A DNA stretch of 64,000 nucleotides from Mobula birostris (taxonomy: Eukaryota): the NCBI RefSeq assembly GCF_030028105.1, contig NC_092379.1, positions 71,126,008 through 71,190,007 on the forward strand, in the 5' to 3' direction. How positions within the stretch are numbered: the stretch's first letter is position 1; each line of letters opens with the position of its first letter. The notes beneath the pieces were generated by a model, which saw nothing but the letters and a program-made list of their open reading frames with translations, did not search any database and was not told the origin of the DNA. Position numbers and translations under genes: made by a program. This document shows positions 38,230 through 50,121 of the stretch, piece after piece.

Positions 38230-39430
38230 AACTGATTTGCCTATCACCACATTTGGTCTATGGTGGACACATTCTTACTGGCTCTCCACTCAGTTTTGGA
38301 TCAGCTGGACAAAAGCAGGCTGCTGTTTATTGATTACAGCTCAGTGCTCAACACCATCATACCCTCGGTACTAATCAACGAGCTCCAAAACATGAGCCCC
38401 TACACCTCCCTCAGTATATGGAGTCTTAACTTTCTCATCGGGAAACCATAATCATTGCAGATTGGAAATAACATCTCCTCCTTGCTGGCAATCAACACTG
38501 GTGCACCTCAAGGAAATATGCTTATCCCAGTACTGTACTCTCGCTACACCCATGACTGTGTGGCTAGGCACAGCTCAAATGCCATCTATAAATTTGCTGA
38601 CAAGACAACTATTGTTGGCAGAGTTTCAGACGGTGACAAGGAGGTCACCATCAACAGACTATCTGGCTGAGGGGTGTCGCAGCAACAACCTTGTACTCAA
38701 TGTCAAAAAGACCAAGAAATTGATGGTGGACTTCAAGAAGGGGAAGTTGAGGGAAGACACCCAGTCCTCATCAAGGAATCAGAAATAGAAAGGGGGAGTA
38801 GTTTCAAGTTCCTGGGTATCAAAGTCTCTGAAGCTCTATCCTGGGCCCAACATATTGATGCAATTACAAAGAAGGCACAACAGCAGCTACATTTCATTAG
38901 GAGTTTGAGGAGGCTTGGAATGTCAGCAAAGACTCACAAATTTCTGCAGATGTACCCTGGGGAGCATTCTAACTGGTCGCATCACCGTCTGGTACGGAGA
39001 GGCCACTGCACTGGATTGGTAAAAGCAACAGGAAGTTACAAACTTAGCCAGCTCCGCCATGGGCACTAGCCTTACCGGCATCAAGGATATCTTCTAAAGG
39101 TGATGCCTCAGAAAAAGCGGCATCCATCCTTAAGAATAGCCAATATCCAGGGCATGCCCTCTTCTCACTGTTACCATCAAGGAGCTGGTTCGGGAGCCTG
39201 AAGACACACACTCAACATTTTACTAACAGCTTCATCCCCTCTGCCACCATATTTCTGAATGGAAAATGGACCCATTTATACTACCTTATATTTTAGCTCT
39301 GTTTTTGCTCTACCTATTTAATTGTATATTGCCTATTTTTTATAATTTTATTATGTATTACAATGCACTGCTGCCACAAAAAAAAACAAATTTCATGCAA
39401 AATGCCTGTGATATCAAACATGATTCTGAA
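38230..39430 (+). mobile_element. Rex1/Babar LINE fragment, decayed
   Basis: RLLFIDYSSVLNTIIP; NTGAPQG..YTHDCVA..IYKFADKTT; SFKFLGI..LHFIRSLRR. Confidence 0.85.
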
Positions 39431-39581
39431 TCAAAGGAGGAATTGATGAGCACATGAGAGAGAAAACATTGCAGGGGTAAATTGAGAGAATTGGGACAGT
39501 TGGGATTCATTCATGGGAGCTGGCATGAACCTGTGGCATGAATGGCCACCTCTTGTGTTATATTAGTATTTCTCTCCTAAA

Positions 39582-39913
39582 GTGTACAAGATAATAAGAG
39601 GAATAGATAGAGTGGACAGCCAGCTCCTCTTCCCCAGGGCACCACTGCTCAATACAAGAGGACATGGCTTTAAGGTAAGGGGTGGGAAGTTCAAGGGGGA
39701 TATTAGAGGAAGGTTTTTTACTCAGAGTGTGGTTGGTGCGTGGAATGCGCTGCCTGAGTCAGTGGTGGAGGCAGATACACTAGTGAAGTTTAAGAAACTA
39801 CTAGACAGGTATATGGAGGAATTTAAGGTGGGGGCTTATATGGGAGGCAGGGTTTGAGGGTCGGCACAACATTGTGGGCTGAAGGGCCTGTACTGTGCTG
39901 TACTATTCTATGT
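39582..39913 (+). mobile_element. CR1 3' fragment
   Basis: YKIIRGIDRVD..TRGHGFKVRG..FFTQSVVGAWNALP; tail gtgctgtactattctatg. Confidence 0.85.
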
Positions 39914-40379
39914 AAGTTATATTTCTGATAAATGTGAGTTATTGAAAAAATGTGAATATTGTTCATTATCCTTTGCATGAATTACATTTGAGCAGAACAC
40001 AGGTCCAAGTGATGTCCCTTGAACAAAGTTAGTAAAGATACTGCGACTGTGGAGTAAACCACTGATTCCTTGACAGAGTTGCAGAAATTTCTCTGCATCA
40101 ACTTTCCTCAATTAACATCAGTTTGCAATTCCAGCTTCACATCAGTGGCAAATATATCAAGTGTCTGCTGACTGCACGTGCAAAGCTACCTTTCATCACC
40201 TACCGAGACTGATGTGGAGATCGGTTCTGGCACCAGGAATACTCCACCAAGAGGAATTATCTCCATTCTCCTGGGACATACAAGAAGCGTCAACCGTTCC
40301 AGAAGGCAGGAAGAGGAAGTGACACAAGTATCACACCATCCTTCCCGGACAACAGACCCTTAATATGATGTAGTATTGC

Positions 40380-40935
40380 CGGCCCAACCTTACCTCTGCC
40401 TTCCATACCTCTGTCATCCTCCCCACCCTTCCCTTCATTACCTCACTTACCTATCTCCTCATTGCCCCAACACCCAACCTGACCCCATGCCCTTCTCTTC
40501 CCACATCCCTATCCTTCCGACCCTATGGACGCCCCTTCTATCCATCCCACCTGACTCCGCCCTCCTTCTCTACCCCTAGCTCTCCTTTTACTCCTCTGCC
40601 CGCACCCCCTTCCTCCCTAGACTGCCACCCCGTCCCTCCTTCCTTCCCAGCTCCCAACACTCTCCAACCCCGGCCCTCCTTTTACCTCCCTACCGTGGAG
40701 CCATCCAATCCCGACCACCTTATTCCCTCCTATCCTTGAACCCCTCTTCTCTCACAACCCCAATCCCAGCTTCCTTAATTATCTCCTTACCCCTGACACT
40801 CCTCCCTCCTCACCCAATTCCCCTTATTCCTTACAAACTCCAACTCTCCACCCCACCCCCTTCCCTCCTTCACCTCCAAACAGCGCCTCTTTCCTATCTA
40901 TTCTCAACTCCTGTAATTCCTCCTTTACCCCGCAC
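40380..40935 (+). repeat. Pyrimidine (C/T)-rich low-complexity tract at the start of NIPA-like intron 1
   Basis: About 550 bp strongly depleted of G on +, so G/A-rich on the NIPA sense strand. Confidence 0.8.
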
Positions 40936-40940
40936 CTCAC

Positions 40941-40955
40941 TGACAACTTCTCCAT
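40941..40955 (-). CDS. Predicted NIPA-like first coding exon (MEKLS)
   Basis: ggaagATGG strong Kozak; ATG GAG AAG TTG TCA|gtgagg is phase 0 and joins exon 2 in frame. Total CDS 15+148+57+91+161+572=1044 nt (347 aa). Confidence 0.65.
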
Positions 40956-41111
40956 CTTCCGATCCGCCGCTCCAGCCGTCCTCCCAGCCTACTTCCGCTC
41001 TGCTGTGTGCACCCCGCATCTGCCTCCCGGGTGGACTTCCGGCATGCCGGGTGAGGAACCAACGCCGTCCCGCGGGTTATGGACCGGAAAAGCTGCGGCA
41101 GCTGGAACAAG
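40956..41111. promoter_or_regulatory. Compact bidirectional CpG-rich promoter shared by NIPA-like (-) and TAF7 (+)
   Basis: CpG-rich 40950-41350; ETS-type cores ACTTCCGC (40991), ACTTCCGG (41035), CCGGAAA (41084); divergent ATGs on each side. Confidence 0.7.
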
Positions 41112-41118
41112 ATGACAG
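41112..41118 (+). CDS. TAF7: TAF7 predicted first coding exon (ATG ACA G)
   Basis: caagATGACAG|gtgggc; phase 1 joins exon 2 in frame, giving MTAKGQKQGSKSKEDAP, similar to the extended fish TAF7 N-terminus. Confidence 0.7.
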
Positions 41119-41444
41119 GTGGGCGCCGGGGATTGGGATTTCTCCGCGGCGATGGTCTCCGGGGAGACCGGGAGGGCGTTGTTCCCACCTCTGGAGCAGT
41201 TAGACATCTCCTGTAGTCTTCGGTACTGGAGTACAACACGGGAATCAGTCCTTCGCACGTTATGGAAATACCGGTCCCTTCGCCCATCCCATTAGTCCTC
41301 CCCGGATTCTGAGAGCTCAGAAGCGCCCAGGAGGCCTCTCGGCGCTTTGGGTCTACGCCAGTTAACTCTCAGTCCCGTGTGTTTATTCTCTCACACCCAT
41401 CATCTCTCATTTGATTCTTTTGTCATTAATCTGTACTCTAATTA

Positions 41445-42480
41445 ATCTGCCGGTTACCAGTGGTGTTCCACAGGGGTCCGTGTTGAGGCCGTTTCTTTTT
41501 ACATTGTACATCAACAATTTGGATTATGGAATAGATGGCTTTGTGGCTAAGTTTGCTGACGATACAAAGATAGGTGGAGGGGCCGGTAGTGCTGAGGAAA
41601 CAGAGAGTCTGCAGAGAGACTTGGATAGATTGGAAGAATGGGTAAAGAAGTGGCAAATGAAATACAATGTTGGAAAGTGTATGGTTATGCACTTTGGCAG
41701 AAGAAATAAATGGGCAGACTATTATTTAAATGGGGAGAGAATTCAAAGTTCTGAGATGCAACGGGCCTTTGGAGTCCTCATACAGGATACCCTTAAGGTT
41801 AACCCCCAGGTTGAGTCGGTGGTGAAGAAGGCGAATGCAATGTTGGCATTCATTTCTAGAGGAATAGAGTATAGGAGCAGGGATGTGATGTTGTGGCTCT
41901 ATAAGGCACTGGTGAGACCTCACTTGGAGTACTGTGGGCAGTTTTGGTCTCCTTATTTAAGAAAGGATGTGCTGACTTTGGAGAGGGTACAGAGAAGATT
42001 CACTAGAATGATTCTGAGAATGAGATGGTTAACATATGAGGAACGTTTGTCCGCTCTTGGACTGTATTCCTTGGAGTTTAGAAGAATGAGGGGAGACCTC
42101 ATAGAAACATTTCAAATGTTGAAAGGCATGGACAGAGTGGATGTGGCAAAGTTGTTTCCCATGAAGGAGGAGTCTAGTACGAGAGGGCGTGACTTAAGGA
42201 TTGAAGGGTGCCCATTCAGAACAGAAATGCGAAGAAATTAGTTTAACCAGAGGGTGGTGAATCTATGGAATTTGTTGCCACGGGCAGCAGTGGAGGCCAA
42301 GTCATTGGGTGTATTTAAGGCAGAGATTGATGGGTATCTGAGTAGCCAGGGCATCAAAGGTTATGGTGAGAAGGCGGGGGAGTGGAACTAAATGGGAGAA
42401 TGGATCAGCTCATGATAAAATGGTGGAAGAGACTCGATGCGCCGAATGGCTGACTTCTGCTCCTTTGTCTTATGGTCTTA
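41445..42480 (+). mobile_element. CR1/HER1 LINE 3' part
   Basis: ORF 41411..42241 VTSGVPQGSVL..KFADDTKIG..LVRPHLEYC; tail tcttatggtctta. Confidence 0.93.
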
Positions 42481-43449
42481 CTTACTTACAGCAAACAATT
42501 ACCCAACCGGCCTGCGCGTCTTTAGGATGTGGGGGGAAACCTACACAGTCACACACAGCAGCAGATGGTAACAGTGAGAAAAGGTAACGTCATGGGTGCA
42601 AGAGGTCCTTAATAATGGGTGCTGCCTTTCTGAGCCACTGTTCACTTTGTCCTGGGTACTGTGTAGGCTAGTACCCAAAATGGAGCTGACTAGATTTACA
42701 ACTTTCTGCAGCTTCTTTCGGTCCTGTGCAGTAGCCCCTCCATACCAGACAGTGATGCAGCCTGTCAGAATGCTCTCCACAGTACAACTATAGAAGTTTT
42801 TGAGTGTATTTGTTGACATGTGCTTGCATTGAAGGCTGCTTGTATAGACCTGAGCTGCCTTCAATTCCACAATTCAGCTGCTGCACATCATAAAATCGCA
42901 GCTCATCCTTCCTTAAATATGTTCTTAGTACCCTGGCTGTGGTTTCATATTTCCCTGCGATAGTGAAGTGGAGGTGATGCCAAATGTCTTCTCTCAGAGG
43001 TGAGTCGATGGAATTCTTGACATGGAGGATTGTCGAGGGGGGAGACATTTAGTATATTCGAGGTAGCAATTGACACACCTTTAAAGTGTATTGTGAACAG
43101 TCAGGTGGTACTGGGAGAGTGGTGTGTGTTGAAGACTAGAAGGCTGTGATGTTGTTAAATGACCAAGCAGGTTGGAGTGTTAGACTGATAGGCTACTGCT
43201 TCTATTCCTTCTGGTCTTGCCTTCTTAAGCGACTAGAATAGCCTGACCTTTGAAAGCCATGTTGGTGGTGTCTTCTCCACTCATCTCAGTGGGTTCCAGC
43301 GCAAGTTCTCTGTATTGCTGCAGTGGGAACAGGGAAGTTTTCCTGTTTTTTCTGTCAATATTTGGGTCAATAAACACAATTAGAGATCACCTGACCATTT
43401 ACCTTATTGCTATTTATGGGATCTTGCTATGCACAATCAATAACTGGAT

Positions 43450-44762
43450 TAGACAATGGGCAATAGACAATAGGTGCAGGAGTAGGCCATTCGGCCCTTC
43501 GAGCCAGCACCGCCATTCACTGTGATCATGGCTGATCATCCACAATCAGTACCCCGTTCCTGCCTTATCCCCATAATCTTTGATTCCACTATCTGTAACA
43601 GCTCTATCCATCTCTTTCTTGAAAGCATCCAGAGACTTGGCCTCCACAGCCTTCTGGGGCAGAGCATTCCATATATCCACCACTCTCTGGGTGAAAAAGT
43701 TTTTCCTCAACTCCGTTCTAAATGGCCTACCCCTTATTCTTAAACTGTGGCCTCTGGTTCTGGACTCATCCATCAGCGGGAACATGCTTCCTGCCTCCAG
43801 CGTGTCCAATCACTTAATAATCTTATATGTTTCAATAAGATCCCCTCTCAGTCTTCTAAATTCCAGAGTATACAAGCCCAGTCGCTCCAATCTTTCAACA
43901 TATGACAGTCCCGCCATCCCGGGAATTAACCTTGTGAACCTACGCTGCACTCCCTCAATAGCAAGAATGTTCTTCCTCAAATTTGGAGACCACAACTGCA
44001 CACAGTACTCCAGGTGGTCTCACCAGGGCCCTGTACAGCTGCAGAAGGACCTCTTTGCTCTTATACTCAATTCCCCTTGTTATGAAGGCCAGCATGCCAT
44101 TAGCTTTCTTCACTGCCTGCTGTACTTGCATGCTTGCTTTCAGTGACTGATGTACAAGAACACCTAGATCTCGTTGGGCTTCCCCTTTTCCTAACTTGAC
44201 TCCATTTAGATAATAATCTGCCTTCCTGTTCTTACCACCAAAGTGGATAACCTCACATTTATCCACATTAAACTGCATCTGCCATGCACCTGCCCACTCA
44301 CCTAGCCTGTCCAAGTCACCCTGCATTCTTATAACATCCTCCTCACATTTCACACTGCCATCCAGCTTTGTGTCATCGGCAAATTTGCTAATGTTACTTT
44401 TAATTCCCTGATCTAAATCATTAATATATATTGTAAACAGCTGCGGTCCCAGCACTGAACGCTGCGGTACCCCACTGGTCACTGCCTGCCATTCCGAAAG
44501 GGACCCGTTAATCGCTACTCTTTGTTTTCTGTCAGCCAGCCAATTTTCAATCCATGTCAGTACTCTGCCCCCAATACCATGTGCCCTAATTTTGCCCACA
44601 AATCTCCTATGTGGGACTTTATCAAAGGCTTTCTGAAAGTCCAGGTACACCACATCCATTGGCTCTCCCTTGTCCATTTTCATAGTTACATCCTCAAAAA
44701 ATTCCAGAAGATTAGTCAAGCACAATTTCCCCTTCATAAGTCCATGCTGACTCGGACCAATC
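43450..44762 (-). mobile_element. CR1/HER1 LINE 3' part, antisense in TAF7 intron 1
   Basis: ORF 43955..44764 QHGLMKGK..YLDFQKAFDKV..KFADDTKL; (CTATTGT)-type tail at about 43450-43470. Confidence 0.93.
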
Positions 44763-45152
44763 AAATGTGAACCAGTGGCTGACTTTCAGAAGTACTTCAG
44801 GATTGAACTTTGATGTTCTTTGGGATGGCAATAGATTGCAGAAGTGTGTTTATCAATGCAGTTGTCTTCAATAAAAAGTCTAAACAAATTTTCAAAATGG
44901 TTAAAAGTAAAGTTTACTGTCATATGCACAAGTAGGGAATTGAGTATCCATTTGCAGGGGAATGGGTCTTGAAGCTCAATGATGAGTCTGGATAGTATAT
45001 TGTGACATCATGTGCACGTGTACCCACACCCGCACGCTCACAAACTCTTTCTCTCTCCTCCTGCTCTCAGCCTTGTTTGTGATTTCCCTTTTGTTCCCTG
45101 ATGTTAAGAACTGGATGAATCTGACCCGCTCTATTTGTGATTTATATTTCAG

Positions 45153-45235
45153 CTAAAGGTCAGAAGCAGGGCTCAAAGAGCAAGGAAGATGCTCCGTATG
45201 AGCTGGAGAGTCAGTACATCCTGAGGCTGCCACCG
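45153..45235 (+). CDS. TAF7: TAF7 exon 2
   Basis: tttcag|CT; (A)KGQKQGSKSKEDAPYELESQYILRLPP|gtgagt; matches TAF7 SKDDAPHELESQFILRLPP. Confidence 0.95.
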
Positions 45236-45679
45236 GTGAGTGTGTCAGAGCGTCAGCTTCCGGCTTCAGGTGGAAATTGATTTTAAATAATGTTTTGTAA
45301 CCTGTTGTCAAAGTTTAATCCTTTGAAATGAAAGCTGTCCTGGTGAAAGGATGTGAATTGTTTTCCAACAATATAATCATCCTGACGGGTGGTGCCCAGC
45401 ACTGAAGATGGTCTAATCTGAAGTTTCTATCACCAAAATACTCTCCACCCCCTTTGTGTACCAGCCTACAGGCAGAGGTCAGCATCCATTAGTCTCTGTA
45501 ACTGGTGTTGGCATATTCTTCCCTCTGCCACTCTACACCCTATCTCAGTGAGAGGTATGGTCCTGCAGGGAAAAGGATCAGGCCAGTTTGGTGAAGCTGC
45601 GGTGTAGGATTCCATGTATTCTTAACAGCAAATGCTGGGGACTCACCTAACAAATCAGATCGAGGTTCTGAGTCCTGCC

Positions 45680-47180
45680 ACATACAACCATGAACTGTAG
45701 TGGACAGTCAAACCGTTAAAGGGGAGAAGAGGAGGCACCTCGTACTTCTCCATCCTCAATGATGTCAGGGACCATTGTGTAAGTCCTAAAGGCTGAAGCA
45801 TTTGCACTTATGTTCGGATGATCCATCCGACTCTCTGTCACAGGTCAGTCTTCAGTGATTCAGTCTCTACATCGGGAAATGGTTGAAAGCACTGGATGCA
45901 GCAGAGGCTCTGGGACCAGACAACATCCAGACTGAAGTGTTGAAGTCCTGCACTCCTGAGCTCATCCTGCTTTCAGCAAAGTTACAACACTGGCGTCTGC
46001 CCGGCCGTGCGGGAAGTGACAGCGCCGGCGACCACCCGGCCGTGCGGGAAGTTACAGCGCTGGCGTCTGCCCGGCCGTGCGGGAAGCTACAGCGCTGGCG
46101 TCTACCCGGCCGTGCAGGACGTTACAGCGCCGGCGTCCACCCGGCCGTGCGGGACGTTACAGCGCTGGCGTCTACCCGGCCGTGCGGGAAGCTACAGCGC
46201 TGGCGTCTACCCGGCCGTGCGGGAAGCCACAGCGCTGGCGTCTACCCGGCCGTGCGGGAAGCCACGGCGCTGGCGTCTACCCGGCCGTGCGGGAAGTTAC
46301 AGCGCTGGCGTCTGCCCGGCCGTGCGGGAAGCTACAGCACTGGCGTCTACCCGGCCGTGCGGGACGTTACAGCGCCGGCGTCCACCCGGCCGTGCGGGAC
46401 GTTACAGCGCCGGCGTCTACCCGGCCGTGCGGGAAGCCACGGCGCTGGCGTCTACCCGGCCGTGCGGGAAGCCACGGCGCTGGCGTTCGCCCGGCCGTGC
46501 GGGAAGCCACGGCGCTGGCGTCCGCCCGGCCGTGCGGGAAGCCACGGCGCTGGCGTCCGCCCGGCCGTGCGGGAAGCCACGGCGCTGGCGTCCGCCCGGC
46601 CGTGCGGGAAGCCACGGCGCTGGCGTCCGCCCGGCCGTGCGGGAAGCCACGGCGCTGGCGTCCACCCGGCCGTGCGGGAAGCCACGGCGCTGGCGTCCGC
46701 CCGGCCGTGCAGGACGTTACAGCGCCGGCGTCCACCCGGCCGTGCGGGACGTTACAGCGCCGGCGTCTACCCGGCCGTGCGGGAAGTTACGGCGCTGGCG
46801 TCTACCCGGCCGTGCGGAAGGTCGGCCAGGTGTATCCCGTTTACAGGGAGCAGGATAAATCAATGTAACTGGCCCAGTCAATCTGCTGCCAATCATCAGG
46901 AAAATGATGGAAGGTAGCAGCAGCCTCAACACTTGCACACGGGAACTGCTCACTGATGTTCTGTTCGGGATCTGAGTTGTCTTCACTCCAGGCCTCAATA
47001 CCAAGGCAGTATTTGACCAAGTGTGATGTCAGTGAGCCCTGGTAAAAGTGAAGCCTTTGGGCATTAAAGGGAAATCACTCCAGTGACTGGCATTATGTTT
47101 TATGCAAACAAAGATAGTTGACATCCCAGCCCTAGGATCTCAGGGCAGTGTCATAGGCCCAGTCATTTCCAGCTGCTTCC
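45680..47180 (+). mobile_element. Old LINE (CR1/L2-like) ORF2 remnant hosting the 35-bp array
   Basis: ALGPDNIQTEVLKSCTPEL before the array and ..YPAVRKVGQVYPVYREQDKS after it; later gcagtatttgaccaagtgtg (AFDxVW-like) and ctcagggcagtgtcataggccc (PQGSVIGP-like). Confidence 0.65.
45980..46820. repeat. GC/CpG-rich minisatellite, 35-bp unit, about 24 copies
   Basis: ccggccgtgc recurs at 46001, 46036, 46071 ... 46806; units 69-83% GC with 5-7 CpG each. Confidence 0.97.
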
Positions 47181-47454
47181 TTCCCAATCAGAATCAGCTC
47201 CATTATCTCTGACATAGGTCATGAAATTTGCTTTGCAGCAACAGTTACAGTGAAAGCCATTAAAAAATTTTGTTACAAACTGAAATAAAAAGTGCAAACG
47301 ATGAGTAACGAGGCAGTGTTCATGGACCGTTCAGAAATCTGATGGCAGAGCGAAAAAAGCTGTGCCAAAAATGTTGAACGTTGGTCCTCAGGCTTCTGTA
47401 CCTGCTGACTATATCACTCGCAACTCTGCAAGCGAAGTAGCCTATGCTTGTATA

Positions 47455-48440
47455 GTCATAGTCATACTTTACTGATCCCAGAGGAAATTTGTTTTCATTA
47501 CAGTTGCACCGTAAATAGTAATAAAACTACAAATAGTTAAGTAGTAATATGTAAATTATGCCAGTTAATTATGAAATAAGTCCAGGACCAGCCTATTGGC
47601 TCAGGGTGTCTGACCCTCCAAGGGAGGAGTTGTAAAGTTTGATGGCCACAGGCAGGAATGACTTCCTATGACGCTCTGTGCTGCATCTCGGAGGAATGAG
47701 TCTCTGGCTGAATGTACTCCTGTGCCCACCCAGTACATTATGTAGTGGATGGGAGACATTGTCCTAGATGGCATGCAACTTAGACAGCATCCTCTTTTCA
47801 GACACCACCGTCAGAGAGTCCAGTTCCATCCCCATAACATCACTGGCCTTACAAATGAATTTGTTGATTCTGTTGGTGTCTGCTACCCTCAGCCTGCTGC
47901 CCCAGCACACAACAGCAAACATGATAACACTGGCCACCACAGACTCGTAGAACATCCTCAGCATCGTCCGACAGATGTTAAAGGACCTCAGTCTCCTCAG
48001 GAAATAGAGACAGCTCTGACCCTTCTTGTAGACAGCCTCAGCGTTCTTTGACCAGTCCAGTTTATTGTCAATTCATATCCCCAGGTACTTGTAATCCTCC
48101 ACCATGTCCACACTGACCCCCTGGATGGAAACAGGGGTCACCGGTACCTTGGCTGTCCTCAGGTCTACCACCAGCTCCTTAGTCTTTTTCACATTAAGTT
48201 GCAGATAATTCTGCTCACACCATGTGACAAAGTTTCCTACCGTAGCCCTGTACTCAGCCTCATCTCCCTTGCTGATGCATCCAACTATGGCAGAGTCATC
48301 AGAAAACTTCTGAAGATGACAAGATTCTGTGCAGTAGTTGAAGTCCGAGGTGTAAATGGTGAAGAGAAAGGGAGACAAGACAGTACCCTGTGGAGCCCCA
48401 GTGTTGCTGATCACTCTGTCAGACACACAGTGTTGCAAGA
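47455..48440 (-). mobile_element. Rex1/Babar LINE 3' part, antisense in TAF7 intron 2
   Basis: NTGAPQGTVLSPFLFTIYTSDF..QKFSDDSAIVG; MLRMFYESVVAS; (GACTAT)n tail at about 47452-47466. Confidence 0.9.
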
Positions 48441-50042
48441 CCTAGGCGATGTTCAGGCATTGACTGGTAAAAGGCATATAATTTTCATGTTGCATATGTA
48501 CTGAGCAATGATCAGCTCCAGTGAGAGGGATTAACTACCTATCGTTGATGTTCAATGGCATTACCGTTCCTGAACTCTCCCAGCGTAAGTATCCTGTGGG
48601 CCATCAGTAAGACGAAGATGTTTCCCTTCCTTTCTATTTTAGTTATACTGTAAATAGATTGTAAAACTGAGTCCCCGGTACAGACCCTTGGAATTGCTAC
48701 TACACCATGCTTCCAAATACAAAACTGTTCTTTATAGTCATGGGATTGTACAGCACGGAAGCAGGACCTCCGGACCGCCACATCTACATCACTAACGAGA
48801 GAAAATCTGCAGGGGCCAGAAATCCGAGCAACACCCACAAAATGCTGGAGGAACTCAGCAGGCCAGGCAGCATCCATGGAAAAAAGTATAGTCAACATTT
48901 TAGGCCGAGACCCTTCAGCCGGACCTTCAGCAGCTTGTCCACATCGACCTTTGCCCTGACTACATTAATCCCATTTGCCCACGCAATCCCATGTGTCTTT
49001 CTGTGCACTGTCTATTTAAGTGTCTGTCTAAATGCCTCTTACACATATTTGACTTATATCATCTCCTAGCAGCACATTCTAGATATCAATTACTCTGTGT
49101 GTGAGGAAAAACTTACTCCTCAGATTCCCTCACTTGAAACCAATGCCCTTCTGTTTTTGATATCTCTTCCATGGGAGTCAAACAACTGACTGTCTTGTAA
49201 TCTTGTGTACTTCTGTCAGATCTCCTTTAATGCCCAGTTTCCTTTGTCCTTCAATCCAGGCAACATCCTACTAAATCTCCTCTGCACTCTCTCCAGCACA
49301 ATCACACCCTTCCTAAGTGCCTCATAGTATATAGCAGGATTGCACAAGTGGGGCCTGACCAGTTTTTGTATGTTGTAGAATGATGTCCCATCTTTTATAT
49401 CTTATGTCGAGACCGAGGAAAGCAATTATATCATACATCTTCTTCACCCTATCAACCCGAGAGAGAACTAGTTTAAGGTGAGAGGGCAAAGATTTAAATA
49501 GGAACTTAATGGGCAACATTTTTTTTTACACAAAGTGTGGTATCTGTGTAGAATGAGCTACCAGAGGAAGAGTTTGAGGCAGATACGATAACAACTTTTA
49601 AAAGGTGGCCAGGTACGTGGATTAGAAAGGTTAGGAAGGTTATGGGCAAATAGGCCCAGATTGGATGAGGGATATTGGTTGACATGAACCAAATGGGCTG
49701 AAGAAGCTGTTTCCATGCTGTATGACTTTGACTTGATAACCCTATCAACCTGCGTTGCTACCTTCAGGGAACTATGGACAGACTCCAAGTTCGGTCTGTT
49801 CATCAGAGTTTCTTAGTGTTCTTAGCGTTCCTCATCAAGCCATTTGCTGTTTGCATCCTGTCCCTGTTGTGCTTCCTACATTTGAGTGCCTAGCCTTCAA
49901 ACTAATGTTTGTAGAAGGGAGAGAGTTGCCTTCCATGTAATGTGATTTTTGTTGCAGTCCAAGTGAGATGGGTAATTTTAGAAGGGGCTGAAGGGTTGGA
50001 GGACTGCCTGGTAAAATTTGGGGTGGTCTTATTTCTCCACAG

Positions 50043-50121
50043 GAATTTGCAGCCACTGTACGGAGAGCAGTGCAGTCTGGGAATGTGAACCTGCGGGATC
50101 GACTTACCATTGAACTACACC
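50043..50121 (+). CDS. TAF7: TAF7 exon 3
   Basis: ccacag|GAA; EFAATVRRAVQSGNVNLRDRLTIELH(P)|gtgagt; 79 nt. Confidence 0.96.

Noticed and set aside
40934-40940. Alternative NIPA exon 1 donor GAG|gtgcgg
   Set aside because: It gives 20 coding nt (phase 2), out of frame with the phase-0 exon 2 unless an unseen exon intervenes.
45883-46917. Three overlapping long ORFs (263-344 aa) with repeated RPCG/PGRAG/PAVR peptides
   Set aside because: Artefact of a stop-free 35-bp repeat cycling through all frames; it lies inside a LINE relic in an intron.
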